In this document: one piece after another, positions 55,756 to 64,000 of the stretch
How positions within the stretch are numbered: the stretch's first letter is position 1
Layout of the letters: every line of letters starts with the position of its first letter
Origin: Blastocladiella emersonii ATCC 22665
Taxonomy: Eukaryota > Fungi > Blastocladiomycota
Assembly: GCA_025594325.1 (NCBI GenBank)
Contig: JANHCV010000012.1
Coordinates: forward strand, 620,001 to 684,000
DNA length: 64,000 nucleotides
Reading direction: 5' to 3'
Translations under genes and position numbers: made by a program
The notes under the pieces: generated by a model
Seen by the model: the letters and a program-made list of their open reading frames with translations, nothing else
Database searches by the model: none
What the model was told of the DNA's origin: nothing

Positions 55756-58519
55756 GTTCACGTCGCAGAGGAACCGCGGCCGCGGCGGTGCCGTCAGCGT
55801 CGCGCGAGCCGGACCCGTGCTTGACGTCGTCGGTCAGTCGGAGAACGTCATTGTTCTCGACACGACTATCGTCAACTCGGACGTGGAGGGCATCCTGGCC
55901 GACGACGGCGAAACCGAGGCGAGCCTCGAGCGCATCGAGAGCGTGACTTCTACGCCGATCCCTGGAATGGGCCACGGCATGATGGGCACCCAGCTCTTCC
56001 CCGACGTGCAGCCGTTCGATGTCAACGCCGCGCCGCCGCCGCCGCCGTACCTCGAGACACCCATCTCGCCGACTGACGTCAAGAAGATCATGGCTCAACT
56101 ATGCGCTGCCGCGGCTCAAGGTCATCCGACTGCGGATGTCGGCGCCGTACCTGTCGTTCCCGGGCCCGGGCAGCCACCCATGATCGGTATTGTTCCCGCA
56201 GTGCCATCTGGAGCCTCGACAAACACATCTCAGCATGGTATCGACCCGGAAATGGCCGTCGACGTGCCCGAACCAGAACTCGGACCAGCCGTCGACGTTT
56301 GGCGCAGCGCCTTCACGACCACGCCAACGGATCCTGACGCGCGCGCGCGGTTCCTCGTCACCAAAGCCGCGGACTCAATCAGCAACTTTGCCTACGACAC
56401 ACGCGGCGACGAGTGGAGCGACGAGGAGCAGCGCACTGTGCACACGCCCGCGTACGCGAGCCTCGCGCAGGTCTCGCTCAAGTTCAACCTCAACGAAGAG
56501 CAGCACCGCGCGTTCGTGCTCTTCCTCATGCCGCTCATCGACACCTTCATCGGCGGCAACGCAGGTATCTCAGACGCTGCGGCCTCGGCCGAGCAGAACG
56601 TGATCCTGTTGGGCCGCGACGACGTCCAACATGTCGTCGGCACCGCGGCCCTCCCGCCCATGAGCAAGGACCGGACGCCGATCATCCTCACCGGCTCGGG
56701 CGGCACGGGCAAGTCGCGCGTCGTCGATGCAATCCGATACTTTCTCGCGTCCTGGAACCGGGAAAAGTGCCTCATGGTCATGGCCATGACCGGGATCGCG
56801 GCCGCCAACATTGGCGGTACGACCATCCACGCCGCGTTCTCTTTTATTCGCTAAGGCCGAAAGAAAACAGCCCGGACGTGGCCCGTTTGCGTACCGATCC
56901 TGCGGTTGCCATCGCGTGGAAAGGGCGTCTCGGCGTCGTCATCGACGAGTTCTCCATGTGCGACGCGACTTTACTCGGCCGTATCGACGCGAACATGCGC
57001 CTCCTGCGGCGGTGCGACGAACCATTCGGCGGGTGCATCGTCATGCTCGCTGGCGATCATTTACAGCTGCCTCCCGTCAACGGAACTGCCCTGTACAAGG
57101 TGCCCGCCGTGCTCAACGACGCGCCGGACTCGTTCTACCTGCGCATGACGTCAAAGCAATTGACGGTCCCCGAGCGCGTGGATCGAGGCCAGGTCGCGTA
57201 CTGGCGCACTACACGCGCTGTTCGTCTCGTGAAGAGCAACCGATTTGTCGACGATCCTCCATGGGGCAACGAAATGGACGCGCTCCGCCTCGTCGAGGCG
57301 TCGGACACGCTGTGCGACCTGATCAACTCGCGTACGACCGCCCAGCTTCAGCAGCAGGTCGACGAAAACGGCAACAACGTCCTCAAGGAGATCCTCAAGA
57401 AGCCCGGACTCACGGTTATCGCGCCTGACAACCACACGCGCCACGCCTTCAACCTGCTCTACACGCGGCTCGCAGCAGCAAACCCGAACCGCATCGTGTT
57501 CCAGATCAAGGGCAACATCACGCGCCCGCGTGATAGGCGCCGCACGCGTGAACGCGTCGCCATCTGCGACAAGGACGTGTTCCGCCTCGGAGGAGAGCCA
57601 GAAACCACGACTGAACTGCCGGCCATCCTCGAGCTCTTCGTCGGAATGGAGATGCGCGTCAAGACCAACCAGTGCGTAGCAAAGGGATGCGCGAACGGTG
57701 CGGTTGGCGTCGTGCACCACATCGACTGGAAGCCCGACACCACGTTCACGCGAACCGCGTCCAACATGTACCGGCCATCCTGCGCTCCACTCAACGTGTG
57801 GAATCGACCTGCCCGACGCTCCTCGTGGCCCTCGCTTCCCGGGCATGCCGGCCGCGTGGCCTGACACGGTCATCCCGCTTGCCGTGGAGAAGAAGGACTT
57901 CCTGTACATGGCGGGCGGTTCCACGTCGCGAGAGCGGGTCGTCAGCACAACGGGGGATTCGCTCCCGCTCTGTGTCAACAACACCAAAACCAACAGGAGC
58001 AAGTATCCTAATCATGTCGTCGCGCACATCGAGCAGTACCCAATGGTGCCAGCCTTCGCCATGACGGTCCACGGGGTTCAAGGCGTGACCAAGCACGTCA
58101 TCGCCCTGGCAGATCCGCGTCCCGCGGGCATGGAGCGTCTCATCAGCGGCGCTTCCCTGTACGTGGCGTTATCGCGGCTTCGTCGCTCAAAGTACCTGCG
58201 GGTGCTTCAGCCGATCCCAAGAGCCGTGCTCAAGTCCATGAAGCCGGATCCACTCGCAGTGGCCGAGGACAAGCGGCTCCAGATGCTCGACGAGCTGACC
58301 AAGACCGCTTTCGATCAAGGTACAGCCATCGCACCAGGCGACCCGTGCATCGCCAAGCTCTTCGACGACGCGATTCTCTTCTCGCGCCAGCACGCGGGTG
58401 AGAAGCTAGTCGCCAAGCGCGCGTCCGATGCTCTCAACGCAAGGTTTCGGCGATTGGCCAAGAAACGTGCTGGAGGCGAGGACGGCTCACAGAACGCCAA
58501 GAAACAGAAAACACAGTAG
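55754..58519 (+). pseudogene. Pif1-family SF1B helicase with two 1-nt frameshifts (about 56845 and 57802)
   Basis: LNEEQ, LTGSGGTGKS, AMTGIAAANIGGTTIH, VIDEFSM, PFGG..V.LAGDHLQLPPV, SNRF, TNQCVAKGCANG, PAFAMTVHGVQG and YVALSR are spread across three frames. Confidence 0.9.
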
Positions 58520-59101
58520 AGTATTAACGTAGTGTATTCCATCATCTAATCCATCAATAGCACGATTTCCATAGCTCGATCACCTAAATCTCCTGTGCGG
58601 GACGCACGCGACAGCACCTCCACCAGTCGTGCACCATACGTGGCGGGGGCTTTAGCCCTCGATTGAAAACCAAATGCGAAGCGTTTAGGTGCCTCAAGTA
58701 TAATCCTCTCTACCGGACCACGCAACGCAACCCTCTCGCAGGACGCGGCGCGCGAGACGCGTTTTGAGGCCAACACGTGAGTGGCGCAGCGCGTCCCTCT
58801 AGGCTTGTTGCGTGCGCTCCTCGAGCTGAACGTTAAGGTGTAACTGTTGGCTCACGCAAAATGCTTTGTTTGCGTGTGCGATAGAGCGGTCACAGGCCCA
58901 GCTGCAGCGAGCTGCACGGAACCGCGAACCTCAGCGATCCGCACGCAACGCGACGTTCAATATCGCGCTATTTCCTGACAGGGACGAACCCTGTGCGAAA
59001 CCCTACCCACCATCCAGCGAGAAGACATGGAGAGAGGAGATACAGAACTTTGCGAGTATATACATAGGTGTGCATGATCTCTCTCCCACCTGGCGACACT
59101 T

Positions 59102-60250
59102 CTACACCACCAGCGCGAGCGCGCCCGCGACGACCGCCGCCGCGACCTGCTGCCACACGCCGCCGCCGCGCACGTTGTCGCCGGCGCCCGACTCCTCGCC
59201 GGCGCCCTCGTCACTGGGCGCGCTGCCCGAGCCCGAGGTCGAGGCCGGGAGCGTCGCGGCGGACGCCGCCGTGGCGCCACGCGTGCCCGTCGCGGCACTG
59301 GGCGCGGTGCGCGTCGCCGAGGCACCAGCTGCCGAAGCCGAAGACGATGAGGGGGTCGAGGAGGAAGGGGCGGCGGGGGTCGAGGGCGTCAGCGTCGTCG
59401 TCGCGGCACTCGAGGAGGAGGCGGGCGGAGCTGTGGCGGGTGGGGCAGCAGAGAGTGAGGACCCAGTCGCAGTCGTAGTGGTCTCGGACAGCAGAGGAGG
59501 GGCGGGAGTCGAAGTAGAGAAAGGAGATGGGGAGGTGGTCGTAGCGGTCGCGACCGCGTTCGTGGGAGGCGAGCTCGGGGCGGATGAGGATGGGGTTGAG
59601 GTGGCGGGGACCGTACCCTCGGACGCGGGCTGCGACGACGAGGACGCGAGCGGCGGCGGCGTAATGGCGGGCGCGCTCTCGCTGCTACTGCCCGTCGTCG
59701 TCGAGGACAGCGGCGGCAGCGACGCGGTGCCGCCCGGCGGGAACGCCGTGGCCGAGGAGGCGGCGGGCGCGGTGGGCTCGGGGGTGGGGATGACGGAGGC
59801 GTCGGACGAGGGCGAGGGCGACAGCGTACCACTGGTACTGCTTGCGGGCGGCGCCGCGGTCACCGTGCCCGGGATCACAAAGCCCGACTCGCACGCGATA
59901 AAGCAGTTGTTCTGGGCCTCGGACGCGAGCGGGAACGCGGCCGCGCACTGCGTCACGCACGAGCCTTGAGATCGCGGAGAGGGCCGTCAGCGACCATGCG
60001 CGCGACACGCACGACCCCACCAAAGAAACGCGCGCAACGTACCCGTGTTGACCGGCACGCTCGACCCGCCATGCGGCACCCCGACACACGCGGCGCGGCA
60101 CGCCACGTCGGCCTCGCTGCACCCGGCGAGACACGCGTTGGTTGGCGAGCCGCCGTCAATCACCTGCGCCGACGCGAGCGGGGCGGCGACGGCGGCGAGG
60201 ACGAGGAGGACGGCGAGGAGCGGCGACTTGATGGTGTTGCGCGAGTTCAT
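59102..60250 (-). CDS. Secreted/GPI-anchored Ser/Thr-rich cell-surface protein with a Cys-rich N-terminal domain (intron 59965-60042)
   Basis: Signal peptide, CLAGC...CRAAC and CVTQC...CFIAC motifs, a long S/T/P/A stalk and a hydrophobic C-terminal tail. Confidence 0.85.
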
Positions 60251-60569
60251 GGTGTTGATGCGTTCCGTGTGTGTGTAGATGGCGAGCAAAGGTGCACGGG
60301 TGGATAGCGTAGCGAGAGCGGGAGGGGAGTGCGGGAGAGGCGGCGCGGTCTTATGCGGTCGGTGCGCGGCAGGAGGGCGGCGAGCGAGCGAGACCACGGC
60401 GGCGAGCGAGCGCTGTGGCCCGCACGGGAAGACGTGCGTGTGCTCGCGGGCGTGTCTCGGGTCGGGCGGGCGGCAGGTGAGACCTTGGCGGGTCGAGTCG
60501 ACGGTGAGACACGAGGCGGGTGAGACAGGGCTACGGGGTGTATTACAGGGTGAGACACGCGCGCGGCAT

Positions 60570-61361
60570 CTACGCGCCGGTGAGCTGCTTGGTCTTGGCC
60601 TTGACGACGGCGTCGACGTCGGCGCAGTACTTGTCGGCGATCTTCTGGACGTCGTTCTGGAGCGCGCGCTGGTCGTCCTCGGACAGCGACGCGAGCCCAC
60701 TGCCGCCCTTCTTGCCCTTGATCTTAGCGAGCTCGGTCTGCCGGGCGGCGCGGACCTTGGCCTTGGCGTCCTCGCCGGCCTTGTGGAGCTGCTTGGCCAT
60801 GGCGGCGCGCAGGTCGGCCGAGGGTTTCGGGACGGGCACCTTGAGCGTGTTCTTGGTCTCGACGACGGGGTTGAGGCCGAGCCCGGCGCCGCGGATCGCC
60901 GCCTCGACGTGCTTGGCGGCCTCCTCCTCGGGGACCACGACGAGGAGCGTGTGCGGATCCTTGACGGTGACCTGGGCGACCTGGGCGAGCGGGACGGCGG
61001 CCTTGTGCAGCTTGACGTGCACGCGGTCGAGCAGCGTCGGCGACGCCTTGCCGACCGAGAGCTTGTCGCACTCGGCGCGCAGGTGCGCGACCTGCGCCTC
61101 CATGGTCTTTTCCATGGCCGACGAGTCCCACTCCCACCCGCTGCCGGCACTTTCAGAAGGCGCAGCGGCGCCGCCCTTCTTGCCGCCCTTGCCGCCCTTG
61201 GCCGCGGGCGCCTTCTTGGCGTACCCGCGCGCCGGCACCGCCCAAACGGCGATCGGGGTGCGCGCGAGGGCGATCGCGGCGGGGCGGGCCACGGCGGCAG
61301 CGTGCGGCAGGCCGGTCGCGGCGACGCGCAGGGCCGCGCGGGTCAACAGGAGCGAGTTCAT
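60570..61361 (-). CDS. RRF1: Mitochondrial ribosome recycling factor
   Basis: Presequence MNSLLLTRAAL..., then LSVGKASPTLLDRVHV, AIRGAGLGLNP, LKVPVPKPS, KVRAARQ and LSED...NDVQK. Confidence 0.93.
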   Translation of the reverse strand: MNSLLLTRAALRVAATGLPHAAAVARPAAIALARTPIAVWAVPARGYAKKAPAAKGGKGGKKGGAAAPSESAGSGWEWDSSAMEKTMEAQVAHLRAECDKLSVGKASPTLLDRVHVKLHKAAVPLAQVAQVTVKDPHTLLVVVPEEEAAKHVEAAIRGAGLGLNPVVETKNTLKVPVPKPSADLRAAMAKQLHKAGEDAKAKVRAARQTELAKIKGKKGGSGLASLSEDDQRALQNDVQKIADKYCADVDAVVKAKTKQLTGA

Positions 61362-61643
61362 TGCAGCAAGTGGGGTCCGCGGGCCGATCGGAGGTCGTTC
61401 TCTGAAAAGAGGAAAAGCGCAAGCAGGCAGCGTTGTGCCTTCGCCGCTCACGTGGGCCGCGGCCGACGTGCAGAACGCGTGCGTGGGCCCGCTTTCCCGC
61501 CCGGGCAGGAGCGAGACGCCCGCGGCTCCGCCACTTCAGTCTTCCGAGTCGCCCGCGCATCGCCTCTCCCGCCCCCTCCACCCCTTATAGTAAACGCAAC
61601 GTATCTGATCACACGCACCGACACACCGACCTACGACCCGAGG

Positions 61644-64000
61644 ATGATGCAAGACTTTCTCCGCGTGCGCGACCGCTCGGGCACCGCGACGAGCGCATCC
61701 TCGTCGCACAGCGGGCCGGGCCCCGGCGGGTCCTCGCGGCTGTCGGGCTCCACCGCCTCCTTCTCCGCCTCTGGCGCGGGAATCCGCCTCGCGGCGTTCC
61801 CGCAGGACGTGACGCTGCGCATCTTCTCGTTCCTGCCGCTGTCCGCGCTGGCCGCGGTCGCCGCGTGCTCGCGCCGCCTCAAGGTCATGGCGTACAACGA
61901 CGTGCTGTACGACCGCAAGCTGCGCGCCTGGTACTACCTCAGCCCTTCCCCACCTGCCGGCCTCGCACCACCACCACCCGCCGTCGTCCCGACCACGTCC
62001 GCGTCGCTGCGCCCGCGCCCGCTCGACCCCGACAGCGTCCCGCTACACGTGCGCGACGCGTGGGCAAGGATCGCGCCCGCGCTGGGGTCGGCGACGGCGC
62101 CGAATGCCGCGCTCGCCGCCCTGGGACTCCCCGCGGGCACCGGCGGCGTGCCGGGGACCAACGCCCGCGACACGTTCCGGCGGATCCACGCGGTGCTGTG
62201 GCCGCTGTACCGCGGGTTCCGCGCCGGGGCGGCGCAGGGCGCGGCGCGCGTCATGGATTTTGCCGACACGGTCGACCAGACGGCGTATTTCGGGCTCGTC
62301 AAGGTGTTTGGGCGCGCGGCGTTGACGGACGATTTCCGCGCTGTACGTCCCACTCTCGCCTCCCCATCCCGCGGCCCGCGGTCACTGACATTGCGCCGTA
62401 GATCAACGAAAACGTGCACGCCGGGATCCAGGTACTCGAGTCGCAGCTACTGTCGTCGTTTGACCGCGCGTACGAGACCAACGACATGGACGGCATGCGC
62501 CAGCTCGCCAAGTGCCTCTTCTTCCTGACGGGCGGCGACTCGTGCGTCCAGCTCTTCATCTACAAGTCGCCCATCTTCTTTGACCACGCCAAGGACGTGA
62601 CAGACAACTTCCGGGCGCTCGGCCTCACCTCTGGCGCCGCTCCACCACCAACGTCGCCACCAGGGCCTATCAGCACCGACCTGACCTCGCCCACCTCGCC
62701 CGAGTCCTCGTCCCCCACCACCGCGGCCGCCAAGTCGGCATCCCTCGCGCACCTCGCCGACAGCGACTCGCCGCTGCAGCGGTACCTGGACAGCATGTCG
62801 CGCACTCTGGAATCGCAGCTCCCCGTCATCAAGCGCGTGTTCCCGCACCCGGTCCCGTCGCAGTACGCCTTCGTCTCGAAAGTCTTCGACGAGTGCATCC
62901 TCGACTACCTGTCGCGGCTCCTCCGCGAGGCGCAGTCGCGGGACCAAGTCGTCTTCCTGGCCTCGCTGACGCACATGTTCGAGCACTGCTCGATCCTGAT
63001 CCGCGAGCTGGCCGAGCACCACGGGCTCGACGCGGCACGCCTCGAGGACATGCTGCACGCGTGCCTCGCGCCGTTCACGGGCGCGCAGTACATGGACCGC
63101 GAGGTTGCGCACCTGCGCAACGCGTACGCCGAGTCGCTCGCCGCGTGGGCCGCGAAAGTGGCCGCGCAGCGGCGTGCGGCCAAGGGCGCGGCCGGAGGGC
63201 ATGTGCGGGTGTCGGTGCCTGACCCGAACCTCGGACGCCGCGTCCTGTCGTCGGTCAAGACGGTCCTGCTCACGCCGCAGGCGCTCGTCGCGCGCGCGAT
63301 CCGCGGTGGGGGAAGTGGCGGGGATAAGTACTCGGCGGCGCTCGCGCTCTCGTCCACGTCGCCCGTCGACGGGACCGGCGGGCTCGGGCATGGCCTGGGC
63401 CACGAGATTGACGGGCTCGCGAGTCCGACGTCCCCGGGCGACGGCGACGCGGGCGAGGACGGCAAACCGGCGACGGCGGCGTTCGACCAGCTCGACGCGC
63501 TGCTGAGCGTGGACCTGGTGCTGTCGATGATCACGCAGAACCGGGCGTCGGTTAAGCGCGCCGTGGTGATGATGAAGCGGTCGGGCGACGTGAAGCGGCA
63601 CGTCGAGCGGCTGTTCTCGATCCTGCTGACGACGGTCGCGGAGCGGCACATCCGCCCGTCTTTCGAGATCGCGACGGAGCGGCTGTCGGCGTACAAGGCG
63701 AGCGAGGACCTCGAGGTCCTCCCGCTGATCCAGTTTTTCGGCATGATCCAGGTCGTCGACGTGCTGCTGCAGATGGTGCACCTGTACTTCACCGAGGACA
63801 TGGCGCAGTACGTGAACCTCAACGACTTTCTGTCCGACTCGATCCAGGAGAAGAAGAAGTTCGAGAAGGTGATCGACGACTGCGTCGCCACGGGGCTCGA
63901 CCGCGCCATGCTCACGCTCATGGCGCAGTCCGAGTTCCTCCTGTCGACGGAGCAGCACCCGAGCGATTTCGACCCGCCCGACGAGGTCATGACCGACACC
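61644..64000 (+). CDS. RCY1: F-box/Sec10-like recycling protein (intron 62343-62401; 3' end runs off the window)
   Basis: F-box FPQDVTLRIFSFLPLSALAAVAACSRRL, followed by Sec10-like ESQLLSSFDRAYE...MRQLAKCL...GGDSCVQLFI...PIFFD. Confidence 0.85.

Larger units (their letters stand above)
54584..58686. mobile_element. Pif1-helicase-carrying element with palindromic inverted termini (Helentron/Helitron2-like, no Rep domain seen)
   Basis: Three left copies of (TC)GAGGGCTA(A/G)AGCCCT (54584-54600, 54604-54620, 54628-54645). One inverted right copy GGGCTTTAGCCCTCGAT (58647-58663), followed by an AAATGC-GAA-GCGTTT hairpin (58672-58686). Confidence 0.65.

Noticed and set aside
54560-58810. Canonical Helitron (5' TC ... 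hairpin-CTRR 3' inserted in AT)
   Set aside because: Nearby CTAGs are not followed by T, no Rep motifs were found, and the termini are inverted rather than asymmetric in the canonical way.

Overview
Eukaryotic, GC-rich, fungal-type DNA with short GT-AG introns carrying CT(A/G)AC branch points. The expanded 'VLEWWRESGL' ankyrin-like family suggests an early-diverging fungus such as Blastocladiomycota (inference). The window alternates between two compartments. Accessory blocks (about 1.4-14.9 kb and 40-49.6 kb) hold tandem, mostly decaying families: ankyrin-like+LRR, an FHA remnant, DUF4470-like x3 and F-box x3. Very GC-rich blocks hold conserved genes: mitochondrial L33, OTC, an Rrn11/TAF1A-like gene, an Mmc1-like gene, RRF and RCY1. 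Three structures stand out. (1) A 14.3-kb palindromic cassette: mirror arms of 2,723 bp (14899-17621 / 26447-29169) each carry an identical small secreted-protein gene and enclose an 8.8-kb spacer of orphan genes, with older diverged homology continuing inward. (2) A roughly 4.1-kb element (54584-58686) bounded by inverted copies of a palindromic GGGCT(A/T)(A/T)AGCCC motif. It encodes a frameshifted Pif1-type helicase and a divergent orphan ORF whose ATGs overlap in one ACATGT, and a relic terminus of the same family lies at 13.4 kb. (3) A recurrent GAGACGCGT-N3-GA(T/A)ATCA-N2-TGA(...CGTGAGTGGCGC) motif upstream of unrelated accessory gene families. All calls were made by eye; no alignments or database searches were run.
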